DNA from: a virus
DNA: 64,000 bases
Reading direction: 5' to 3' (one strand)
Virus record (IMG/VR): IMGVR_UViG_3300021963_000086
Location: 15,270-79,269 of that record
Position numbers and translations under genes: made by a program. Shown in pieces: positions 56,217 through 64,000 of the stretch; the first letter of the stretch is position 1, and the number at the start of each line of letters is the position of its first letter. The notes under the pieces were generated by a model. That model had not been told where the DNA came from. It made no database searches and saw nothing but the letters and a program-made list of their open reading frames with translations.

Positions 56217-56773
56217 TATGATCTCCACCAGGTTTCGTACGGGAATTCAATCCATACATCTTTTTCTGCTTTATTAACAGTAGTGCCTACAAAATCCATA
56301 CATACATTACATTTGCTTGACAGGTTATCAACAATTACTGCAAATTTAACGTTTTGATTCCATACATAGTCCCAGCGGTCTGACGATGTCATACAACCAG
56401 AGGCCCAGTCATCCATAATCCAATTTATCGTTGCACCACTGTCGTTGATATCGTCGACAATAAGAATGTTTTTTGCTTTACTAACATCGTATGGAATATG
56501 TTCTTGTGCTCGTTCGTTTTTGTCTACATAGCCAAACGCATCTTCGGCCATCCAAAGATTACTTTCAGGTCCCATACCGGAGTCATCGCGCAAGCTGACA
56601 CTTAAGGCATACATAGGAATATCAAAGTAATGACTAAGCATTGTAGCAGGAATCAAGCCACCGCGAGTCAAACCTACAATATAGTCGGGGCGCCAATTAC
56701 TATTGGCAATTTGTCTAGCTAATTCGGCAACATGCCCATTAAAATCTTCCCAATTGATTACCTTCTTGTCCAT
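56216..56773 (-). CDS. Type I phosphoribosyltransferase (Gpt/xanthine-guanine PRT-like)
   Basis: 'IVGLTRGGLIPA', PRPP loop 'ILIVDDINDSGAT', 'WIEFPYE'. Confidence 0.9.
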   Translation of the reverse strand: MDKKVINWEDFNGHVAELARQIANSNWRPDYIVGLTRGGLIPATMLSHYFDIPMYALSVSLRDDSGMGPESNLWMAEDAFGYVDKNERAQEHIPYDVSKAKNILIVDDINDSGATINWIMDDWASGCMTSSDRWDYVWNQNVKFAVIVDNLSSKCNVCMDFVGTTVNKAEKDVWIEFPYETWWRS

Positions 56774-56774
56774 A

Positions 56775-57242
56775 TTAACCTTTCAATTTTTTGATTAACA
56801 AATCGTGAGCCATTTCTGCTATTGCCGGATTGCGTTTAGCAAATTCTTCATCTGATGCTACTGCTACTAGCAACGATTTTAACATTATAACAAATTCTGC
56901 TAATTCGTCAACATTAATTTTGTTCGTTGGTGTTTTGATTATGGCTTGGCCAGTGTCATCAATTTCCAAAGTCATTGTTGGTTTTGGTATTGATACGTTA
57001 CCCCATGTTCCATTTATTCCAACTGATGTACCTACTGCTCCGGCCATTGAGCCAATTGGATTTATTGTTACTGATCCAGAAATAGCGGTTGTAGCGGTTG
57101 TAGCAGTATTGTACGTCCACGAAGTTGAAGGGCAACTGGTTATTGTTGAATTGGCATAAGTATAACCAGACGTCATAGTAGAACCTGTAATAGTAATAGT
57201 ATCATCCATCACTGATGATTGGGGAATTGTAAACTCAGACAT
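56775..57242 (-). CDS. Thr/Ser-rich hypothetical protein
   Basis: Low-complexity N-terminus and helical C-terminus. Confidence 0.6.
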   Translation of the reverse strand: MSEFTIPQSSVMDDTITITGSTMTSGYTYANSTITSCPSTSWTYNTATTATTAISGSVTINPIGSMAGAVGTSVGINGTWGNVSIPKPTMTLEIDDTGQAIIKTPTNKINVDELAEFVIMLKSLLVAVASDEEFAKRNPAIAEMAHDLLIKKLKG

Positions 57243-57420
57243 CTTTGTTTTTATCCTTGTTATCTAGTGCATCTAGCACAACAGTATAAAACACACCTAA
57301 TCCAACAACTAGCATTATCAGCTTTACAGTAAACGATGCAACATCGAGTACTGAGCTAATACCAAATCCGGCAAACACTAATGTGCAGGTTGCCAACAAT
57401 GCTAATGTTTTATTTTTCAT
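57235..57420 (-). CDS. Small two-TM membrane protein
   Basis: Start MKNKTL; two hydrophobic stretches. Confidence 0.6.
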   Translation of the reverse strand: MKNKTLALLATCTLVFAGFGISSVLDVASFTVKLIMLVVGLGVFYTVVLDALDNKDKNKDV

Positions 57421-57838
57421 CTTTAATTTTTTCTGCGTCAACTACTCGTTGGCGTAATTCGGTTGTACTAAAACTATGCTTCCTTGCATTGAAATACAAC
57501 GCTATATTTTTTTCTATACATTCTGACCTGCCTGTAAAGATTTTATTTTGATACTCACTTCCTAGTATTCTAATATCTATAGGATAAGAAAGCAATATAT
57601 CAACTAGTTCTTTTTCTGTGGCATACACTACTATTTCGTCTACATACTTACAGGCTTCTAATTGTACAAACCTTTCAAATACGCTTTGTACTGGTTTATT
57701 TTTTTCCGGGCGATCGATAGTAGGGTCGGTTTGCAATCCTACAATCAAATGGTCACATTGTTGCTTTGCTTCTTTAAGCATCATAATATGACCTGCATGA
57801 AACAAGTCAAATGTCGAACAAGTAAAACCAATGGTCAT
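57410..57838 (-). CDS. Cytidylyltransferase (TagD/RfaE-II-like)
   Basis: 'TFDLFHAGH', 'LIVGLQTD', 'KYVDEI', 'FSTTELR'. Confidence 0.9.
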   Translation of the reverse strand: MTIGFTCSTFDLFHAGHIMMLKEAKQQCDHLIVGLQTDPTIDRPEKNKPVQSVFERFVQLEACKYVDEIVVYATEKELVDILLSYPIDIRILGSEYQNKIFTGRSECIEKNIALYFNARKHSFSTTELRQRVVDAEKIKDEK

Positions 57839-58020
57839 AGATGATTAATATGTTGAGTTACACGCCAAAGGGATATACCTTGTGAAATGTCTTTTTCTTT
57901 ACTTCCGTCAACGTATGAAATACGAACTTCAACACCGTGCGTTTCTAGTTCTTTCATAAGTTCGTTAACTTCTGCGACTTTTTGTTTTAGCTTTTCTACG
58001 GTTTTAGTTACGGTTGTCAT
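57835..58020 (-). CDS. Small hypothetical protein
   Basis: Coiled N-terminus; tightly packed. Confidence 0.55.
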   Translation of the reverse strand: MTTVTKTVEKLKQKVAEVNELMKELETHGVEVRISYVDGSKEKDISQGISLWRVTQHINHL

Positions 58021-58189
58021 CTGCATTATACCTATAAAAATCAGGAACCGCTCGCCACGGTCCCCATACTTTTGTTCTTACAAAATCTTTTGTTTTAGGA
58101 TCTATACTACCATAGTCTGATTGTTCGTGTTGAGTTCTATACTGTAATACTCTGTCGTCTTCGGATACATACCAACGCAACTCTATCAT
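58004..58189 (-). CDS. Small hypothetical protein
   Basis: 'MIELRW...VLQYR...W..W..VP'. Confidence 0.55.
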   Translation of the reverse strand: MIELRWYVSEDDRVLQYRTQHEQSDYGSIDPKTKDFVRTKVWGPWRAVPDFYRYNADDNRN

Positions 58190-58482
58190 TTTCTTAGACA
58201 CTCCATGAAAACAATCTTACCTAACGTATCACTGAAATCATCTTGATCGGTGATAATATGTAACGATTCTTCATGACGATCGTTTCTTTCGTCGTACATA
58301 TGGAATCTAACTATGTGCCCACCTGCGGCCTTATGAACAGTAAAGGTCAAACCATTTCTGTTTGTGTCAAGCCTGTTAACAGCAATACCACCTCTAGTAG
58401 CCTTTGCACTAGATAGTTGAGGTACATCAGCATAATGCTCATTATCGGCCCACTTAAGAACAATTTTTTTAAGCCAGTTCAT
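58186..58482 (-). CDS. Conserved hypothetical protein
   Basis: 'F.VH.A.GG.IV.F..YD...DR...LHII...DF...LGKI'. Confidence 0.65.
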   Translation of the reverse strand: MNWLKKIVLKWADNEHYADVPQLSSAKATRGGIAVNRLDTNRNGLTFTVHKAAGGHIVRFHMYDERNDRHEESLHIITDQDDFSDTLGKIVFMECLRK

Positions 58483-59186
58483 TAGTCACCCTTCTTATCG
58501 CCAAATAGTTGTAGTAAGTTTAAGAAGATGTTGATAAAGTCTAGATACAATGTTAACGCACCTACTACTTCAGTGGCAGGACTAGAATCTTGACTAACCA
58601 TTTCGCGAATTTGCTGTGTATCGTACGCAGTCAAACCTAGGAAGATGATAATGGCCAATGCTGAGATTACCATCTGCATTACAGTACTACCAATAAAGAT
58701 ATTGATAATGCTGGCAATTACAATAGCAATAAGTCCAACAAACATAAACTTGCCTAGACTATCTAGACTACGTTTAGTAAAGTAACCATAAAAGCTCATA
58801 GTACCAAACAATACTGCCGCACCCATAAAGGCATTAAAAATACTCATTGCGGTATAGACAGCAAAGATTATAGCAAAGCTCAGGCCCATAAGTGCCGCAA
58901 ATCCTGCTAGCAGAGCTAGTGCAATTTCTTTTGGTGGGTTTGCGTTAAGTGCAAAAGTAACACCAAATACAGCAACAAGGGGTGCAAAGATTACAACCCA
59001 GTGCATAATCCCTGTAAAGAAAAACTTTACAAGTTCTGGATTAGTTCCAATAAACATACTAACCAGCATACTCACAATTACAGCCAGGCCCATATAAGCA
59101 TAGACACGGCCCATGGCTTCATTGATTTGACTAGCAGAACGGTACGATAAAGTACCGTTATCATTTACATAGTTGTCATATGACAT
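58482..59186 (-). CDS. BAX inhibitor-1/YccA family membrane protein
   Basis: Seven hydrophobic segments; 'GLTAYDTQ.I', 'GAL.LYLDFINIF..LL'. Confidence 0.92.
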   Translation of the reverse strand: MSYDNYVNDNGTLSYRSASQINEAMGRVYAYMGLAVIVSMLVSMFIGTNPELVKFFFTGIMHWVVIFAPLVAVFGVTFALNANPPKEIALALLAGFAALMGLSFAIIFAVYTAMSIFNAFMGAAVLFGTMSFYGYFTKRSLDSLGKFMFVGLIAIVIASIINIFIGSTVMQMVISALAIIIFLGLTAYDTQQIREMVSQDSSPATEVVGALTLYLDFINIFLNLLQLFGDKKGD

Positions 59187-59423
59187 TTATTTCTCCTTGC
59201 GTTTACGTTTAGGTTTAGTTTCTACACTTGCGATTGCTTCTCTTACATCTCGCTCTAGTGCATCGTCGTCCCAGACCAATTCTGTACGACCATCTGAGTA
59301 AGTAGTTACTGTTAAGTGACTACCTTTTACTACCGTTGGTTCTGATGGAAATACTAACTTAGCACTTCCGGCAGTTCCTGGCATTTCTAATATAGTTGAA
59401 TCTTTCTTTTTACGTGTTGCCAT
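59187..59423 (-). CDS. Small hypothetical protein
   Basis: 78-aa ORF after folE. Confidence 0.6.
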   Translation of the reverse strand: MATRKKKDSTILEMPGTAGSAKLVFPSEPTVVKGSHLTVTTYSDGRTELVWDDDALERDVREAIASVETKPKRKRKEK

Positions 59424-59425
59424 AA

Positions 59426-60250
59426 TTACCTCGGAGCAAACTCTTGTTGCATTTTAATGTTATCAAAGAACTCTTTCTTTGTTCCAGGATCATCTTTAAA
59501 CGCACCCTTCAATACTGTAGTTTGCGTTAAAGAACTATGCGCCATAATACCACGATTCTCACAACATCCATGTGTGGCCTGAATGTATACGCCTAGATCT
59601 TTTGCTCCTGTGGCCTTTTCAATTTCCCTAGCAATGTCATTGGCTAGTTCTTCTTGTAAGGTACCGCGGCGAGCACACCACTGAGCAATACGAGTATACT
59701 TAGACAAACCAATAAGCTTCTGTGCGGCGATGATGCCAATGTAAGCGACACCAACAACAGGTTGGTGATGATGACTACACATACTACGCAGTTCGCTACG
59801 TACCACCAACATACCTTCGTAGCGATCTTCTGTGTCGTTGGGGAACGCTGTTGCCGAGGGCGCCGGGTCATATCTACCTGCCATAATTTCATTAAAGTAC
59901 ATTTTAGCAAGGCGACGGGCTGTGCCTTTACTGTTAGGATCGTTTTCACGATCAATAAGTAAACGATCAAGCACCGTTTCAAATGCTTCAGTTGCTTCAT
60001 TAATTAGTTTAGCTTTGTCTTCTTCGCTAACATAGTCGCTGATATTGTCGCCGGCCCAGAAACGTTTTTTATCACGTTTCATTTTACCGCGGATTGCATC
60101 TGCTAAGTAAGCTTCTTCGTAGCCTTTATCAGACATTGCATCTGCGGCTTTAACGAATACCTCTCTTTTTAAAGGAACATATTCGTCCGCTTTAAATTCT
60201 GATTGGACACCTGCACTAATTACAGGGTCTGGGGTAAATTCTCTTGTCAA
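59426..60250 (-). CDS. folE: GTP cyclohydrolase I
   Basis: 'TARRLAKMY', 'SMCSHHHQP', 'IGLSKYTR', 'LQEEL', 'HGCCENRG'; TTG start after GGAG. Confidence 0.95.
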   Translation of the reverse strand: MTREFTPDPVISAGVQSEFKADEYVPLKREVFVKAADAMSDKGYEEAYLADAIRGKMKRDKKRFWAGDNISDYVSEEDKAKLINEATEAFETVLDRLLIDRENDPNSKGTARRLAKMYFNEIMAGRYDPAPSATAFPNDTEDRYEGMLVVRSELRSMCSHHHQPVVGVAYIGIIAAQKLIGLSKYTRIAQWCARRGTLQEELANDIAREIEKATGAKDLGVYIQATHGCCENRGIMAHSSLTQTTVLKGAFKDDPGTKKEFFDNIKMQQEFAPR

Positions 60251-60309
60251 ATTGTTCTCCGATGTTAAGGCAGAGGATTGCCATACAGAACTATTCTGTA
60301 CAAATGTAT

Positions 60310-61089
60310 TTAGATCTTTTGTCTGATTTTGTCATTTTTTGCTACTACTTGATCTAGTACAGAAAGTTCAATGCCTTGCCCTTTAGCTAAGGATAGTATA
60401 GCATTAATATCCTTAGGAAAGCAACCCCCTCCGTAACCAAGATGTCCATCTGGGCCAGGTACCTGTGTGTGTCCTATACCAATTCTAGCATCAGAGTCGC
60501 ATAGCATCCTAATATCATTCCATTTTACACCCAATGAATCGGCAAGGTCTTTAAACTCGTTCATCCAAACAACCTTAGTTGCTAGGAATGAATTAGTTAG
60601 ATATTTGTACAATGCCGCAGTTTTAATGTCAGTAAAAATTGACTTAGACGGGCGGTACGTTCCTTGAGTTAAGGCTTTGCTAGCCTGACCAGCCCAATGT
60701 TGAGCTCCGCCGTATATTGCTATTTGAGTGCTAGTGTAATCGTCGGTGGCTGAGTTAGCCCGTAAGAATTCTGGCACATACACTAGATTAGGATACATGC
60801 TAAACATCTTTTCGTAGAAAGTTGGTGGTGCAGTAGACTTAGAAATAATTACACCTTTAAAAGATTCTAATTTCTCTAAGGTACTTAAGATTATAGAAGT
60901 GTTGCAACTACCATCATATCTTGTAGGAGTAGGGACACAAATTACCACAGCGTCACAATTCAACAGTTCATTAAAGTCTGTCGAATTGTAAGGCCTAACA
61001 ATAGGATCGTACTTAACAGTAAGGTTGTCTGGCAGTGAAGATGCAACAGCACTACCAACGTAGCCCATACCAATAATGCCTACTATCAT
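60310..61089 (-). CDS. ugd: UDP-glucose/GDP-mannose 6-dehydrogenase (short form)
   Basis: 'GIIGMGYVG', 'ICVPTP', 'KST', 'PEFLR', 'KY..N.FLATKV...NE', 'GYGGGCFPKD'. Confidence 0.88.
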   Translation of the reverse strand: MIVGIIGMGYVGSAVASSLPDNLTVKYDPIVRPYNSTDFNELLNCDAVVICVPTPTRYDGSCNTSIILSTLEKLESFKGVIISKSTAPPTFYEKMFSMYPNLVYVPEFLRANSATDDYTSTQIAIYGGAQHWAGQASKALTQGTYRPSKSIFTDIKTAALYKYLTNSFLATKVVWMNEFKDLADSLGVKWNDIRMLCDSDARIGIGHTQVPGPDGHLGYGGGCFPKDINAILSLAKGQGIELSVLDQVVAKNDKIRQKI

Positions 61090-62183
61090 TGTAAGATGTT
61101 TTCAATAAGTTTATTTGCACTAAAGAAGACGTGGCCCAAAACTGTTTCACCTGCTAGGATGTCTTTAGTCAGTTCACCTTCGTCAAATTTAAGCATCATC
61201 ATACGAATATGATTTACCAGTTTATCTTTATGATATAGATAGCTATCCCAATCACGTGTCCAATCACTAGGATACTTAAACACATCTGCATACATTTCTG
61301 AATAGCTTAATCTATCTGGAACTAGTGGCATCGCACCTACACACAATGCTTCGTAACAAGATATACCTAATGTTTCTTGTAAGTTAGCACTAAACACCAT
61401 CTTACTTTGATTTAACAAGTTATGATAATCTTTTTTAGTTAGTCTTTGGTCTTGACAAACAACCCATTCAAATTCTGGCATTTCTTTAGCCAGGTCTCTG
61501 AATATCTCTACTTGTTTCTCAGGAGCAATACGATGTGGGAACAAAATTAGATTACGTTTGGGCTTAGGTAAGTCCCAAGGCATGCCACTAACACAATCTG
61601 CTTTAATTGTGTCTTTAAGATATTCCATTGGCCAACCAGTTCGTACAATTTTTGTATCGTACAATGTTTCTGCTGGAGTGAACTTTAGTAAAGTTTCGCA
61701 AAACATCTTAATATGAAAGTCGGTAGCAAAGTAGTTATGGTCAATGGCGTGAAAGAAGCTTTGTTCAGCGTGACGAACCCACGGAGCATCTCCAATAAGC
61801 CTTCCTAAAAAGTCTTGAGGATCATAACTACCAGCATGCCAAAGAGCGTGAATCTTAACGGGTGTTTTAAGAAGACTACTCATGTACTTTAAGTTTATGA
61901 TACCAGGATGCCAAGCGTCAGTAAACAAAAAGTGATCACCGGCAGAAACGGATCCGTCACAAAATAGACGGCCCATCTGCTCAACTTGTACAGCTTTGTA
62001 TATATTGGTGCCACCAAAATTGAGAAAAGCGCCAGGCGTAGTGGCAGAAGGAATATTTTTAGGGCCAGAGATAACCTTGACATCAATTCCGTTCTCCTTT
62101 AAAAGTTTTGGCAGATGAGTCTGCCATTGACCTGTATAACGGGTGTCAACGGCCTCAAGGTCAACTAAAAAGACCTTAGGCAT
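61086..62183 (-). CDS. GT-B (GT4-like) glycosyltransferase
   Basis: 'FPHRIAPEKQ', 'QETLGIS.YEA...GA.PLVPDRLSY.E'; start re-assigned to MPKVFLV. Confidence 0.85.
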   Translation of the reverse strand: MPKVFLVDLEAVDTRYTGQWQTHLPKLLKENGIDVKVISGPKNIPSATTPGAFLNFGGTNIYKAVQVEQMGRLFCDGSVSAGDHFLFTDAWHPGIINLKYMSSLLKTPVKIHALWHAGSYDPQDFLGRLIGDAPWVRHAEQSFFHAIDHNYFATDFHIKMFCETLLKFTPAETLYDTKIVRTGWPMEYLKDTIKADCVSGMPWDLPKPKRNLILFPHRIAPEKQVEIFRDLAKEMPEFEWVVCQDQRLTKKDYHNLLNQSKMVFSANLQETLGISCYEALCVGAMPLVPDRLSYSEMYADVFKYPSDWTRDWDSYLYHKDKLVNHIRMMMLKFDEGELTKDILAGETVLGHVFFSANKLIENILQ

Positions 62184-62523
62184 TGAGCTTCTCCTTAATT
62201 TCTGGCCACTTGCTCTTATATACACCTACATGGATCTTTAGTTTCTTAGGACTACGATCCTCTGTTAACTGTACAATAACATCATATGTTACTGAATTTT
62301 CTTTGTACTGTTCTTCTGGAATACTCCAGCTATAAATGAGATGATCATCTTGCAAGTCATTTAGATAACTTGCAAAGAGGTCATTTACAAGGTAACCACT
62401 ACCTTCAAACATTACTCCATCATATGGTTCTGCAATTTTTAGCAGGTCATATTTAATATTATCCATGGAAATCATAGATTTGTTCATGGGCTTGTTGTTA
62501 TAGCCATTTGATGAATGTGCCAT
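62176..62523 (-). CDS. Hypothetical protein
   Basis: 115-aa ORF between the DpdL-like and GT genes. Confidence 0.6.
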   Translation of the reverse strand: MAHSSNGYNNKPMNKSMISMDNIKYDLLKIAEPYDGVMFEGSGYLVNDLFASYLNDLQDDHLIYSWSIPEEQYKENSVTYDVIVQLTEDRSPKKLKIHVGVYKSKWPEIKEKLNA

Positions 62524-62884
62524 TTTCGCCGTCCTCGCTTACTTCTATCCAGACACTACGTCCAGGATACTTTGTTGAAATTTGTTTATATAAATCTTCC
62601 GCCATCATCTCGCATGATTTGTAGTCGAGACTTAAAGTGGAACCTTGACCATTATACAGCGACTCAAGCCATCGTTTGAATTGGATGAACTCGATGTCCC
62701 TGTCATCGTGGAACACATTGATCCACACCCTGAAATGAAAGATGTGGCGATGAGGGTAACCCAAAAACGATACATCATATTCGTCTCCTGTTGCTAGTGC
62801 TGGATCAGTTAGTGCCGCTGGGTATTTATGAATCCCTTCTTTTTTAAAGGTGACCCATATCATTTTTTCTGTTGGTTCTGTCAT
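62498..62884 (-). CDS. QueD-like T-fold protein, DpdL (CDG decarboxylase)-type
   Basis: 'FLGYPHRHIFHF' (LxxxHRHxF instead of QueD CxxxHGH), 'DRDIEFI', 'SCEMMA', 'VSEDGENG'. Confidence 0.7.
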   Translation of the reverse strand: MTEPTEKMIWVTFKKEGIHKYPAALTDPALATGDEYDVSFLGYPHRHIFHFRVWINVFHDDRDIEFIQFKRWLESLYNGQGSTLSLDYKSCEMMAEDLYKQISTKYPGRSVWIEVSEDGENGTFIKWL

Positions 62885-63423
62885 TTGATAATCTCGTCGT
62901 TTTTATATTTGTCCCAAGATGTAAACTTAGAACGATCCATTAATGTATGTAGACTGTGAGACCATACACCGGGATTTGTTGCTTTAAAATCTTTGTCATC
63001 GATTTTAAGCATTGTATTATAATTCCATAATTTAATATAAGGAATAGGTACACGAATCTGAGGAATGAAGTTATCATATTCGCAATATCCACTTTCATGG
63101 AATTCTTCGACTTGGTTCATAGGGATATCTAAACTACACCAATAACCCTTGTCTAAATAATAAAAAATCATTTCTTCCCAAGCCTTATGTTCTGGATACC
63201 CATAAGGTGTAAAACTATGATTAGCACCAAAGAAAATATGACGAATATGTTTGCTTGTATCGTTATACGAATTATGATCGTTCAAGATGCTATCGATTGC
63301 ATCAGTAGGCTGTAAACCTGTAACAAACAGAGTTTTCATTCCGTAAGCAGGTGTATGTTCTATCTCTACCCCTGTAAAGAATGTAACATTGTCTGCGGTA
63401 CCAGTTGTATAATCTCTATCCAT
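62881..63423 (-). CDS. Conserved hypothetical protein of the deazaguanine locus
   Basis: 'FF.G.EIEHTPAYGMKTLFV', 'HIFFGANHSF', 'KIDD.DF.ATNPGVW.H'. Confidence 0.7.
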   Translation of the reverse strand: MDRDYTTGTADNVTFFTGVEIEHTPAYGMKTLFVTGLQPTDAIDSILNDHNSYNDTSKHIRHIFFGANHSFTPYGYPEHKAWEEMIFYYLDKGYWCSLDIPMNQVEEFHESGYCEYDNFIPQIRVPIPYIKLWNYNTMLKIDDKDFKATNPGVWSHSLHTLMDRSKFTSWDKYKNDEIIK

Positions 63424-63424
63424 A

Positions 63425-63760
63425 TTAGTAGCTCTTTCCACCAAACTTGGCTATTGCGGCTTCGTTTTCTAAATCTGTTACCCTATTATACAGCCTAGAC
63501 ATCTCTTCTGCAACAGGAAGTTCACCATACCATGGTTTAAACATACTAGTGAACTTTTCGTTACTCATGACGATCTTATTGCCGTCTTCTTCCGTTACAA
63601 TCCAATTACTAGGTAATATTTTGACATACTTGCCGGTATGTGAATTCATGAAAACATATCCGGTAGATATTCCCATATAAAAATCAAAGTCCGGCTGAAT
63701 ACCTTCGAAAGTAGGATCACCGTCCCATTGGACAGCATCTACAATACGAATGTATTTCAT
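63425..63760 (-). CDS. Hypothetical protein, distant 'AVQW...PGDWIV' (PGDYG-related) family
   Basis: 'MKY...DAVQWDG...V.ILPSNWIV...G...MS.EKF...F'. Confidence 0.5.
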   Translation of the reverse strand: MKYIRIVDAVQWDGDPTFEGIQPDFDFYMGISTGYVFMNSHTGKYVKILPSNWIVTEEDGNKIVMSNEKFTSMFKPWYGELPVAEEMSRLYNRVTDLENEAAIAKFGGKSY

Positions 63761-64000
63761 TTTAACATATCCTCTAGCATTTGTTCGCCTTCTTCGATCA
63801 TATCCTCAGTTAACTCAAATGTATCAGCATCGTTGTTATTGCCGGCACTTGGTTTTTCTTTTTCAAACATAGCATCGAAACCTGCAACAGTACTCTTAAG
63901 AGTTTTCTTACCATTAAAGTCGGCAAGTAAGCCTTGTGCTTTATCTAGTTCAGTGTATGGGGTTTGGCTGGTAAAGACCTTATCCACTAGCGCACACATA
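63757..64000 (-). CDS. C-terminal fragment of a larger protein (possibly TGT/DpdA-like)
   Basis: Open to the window edge; acidic tail; upstream of the deazaguanine genes. No catalytic motif is visible. Confidence 0.35.
   Translation of the reverse strand, partial: MCALVDKVFTSQTPYTELDKAQGLLADFNGKKTLKSTVAGFDAMFEKEKPSAGNNNDADTFELTEDMIEEGEQMLEDMLK

Noticed and set aside
62498-62884. Canonical queD
   Set aside because: No CxxxHGH motif; carries LxxxHRHxF instead.
1-64000. Stop-codon reassignment, introns, inteins, tRNAs
   Set aside because: Long genes are intact in code 11 with TAA, TGA and TAG all used as stops. No split genes, intein signatures or cloverleafs were seen by eye; tRNAscan and Infernal would be decisive.

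Overview
A 64-kb segment of a large lytic T4-like/jumbo myovirus genome. It is densely coding, uses the standard code, and the baseplate proteins resemble those of Rak2/GAP32-type and uncultured freshwater jumbo phages. Plus-strand late genes encode a baseplate hub, a gp5-like spike fused to a lysozyme, gp25- and gp6-like wedges, a 3009-aa structural protein and fibre-like proteins, followed by a glycosyltransferase/methyltransferase block. A minus-strand cluster converges on that block, with three PP-loop (SGGIDS) enzymes, two GNAT-like proteins, a membrane fatty-acid desaturase and a fibre-chaperone-like protein. Minus-strand early/middle regions carry DNA ligase, HNH and PD-(D/E)xK nucleases, thyX, a MoxR-type AAA plus metallopeptidase-vWA pair, rIIA/rIIB, RNase H and many small genes behind repeated sigma70 promoter cassettes. 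The right end holds a 7-deazaguanine pathway (folE, queE, a DpdL-like T-fold protein, possibly the tail of dpdA) interleaved with a GT-B glycosyltransferase, UDP-glucose dehydrogenase, PRTase, HIT and MazG. Best leads: (1) the late PP-loop/GNAT/desaturase cluster plus GT block as a possible virion-modification system; (2) a possible glycosylated or pre-replicative deazaguanine DNA modification; (3) an ArfA-like micro-ORF absent from the ORF track, coupled to a nucleotidyltransferase; (4) mosaic early-promoter cassettes with a TGTTG-N8-CAACA palindrome. No tRNA, rRNA, CRISPR array, intron or transposase was seen. All family calls are by eye from motifs, with no database search.
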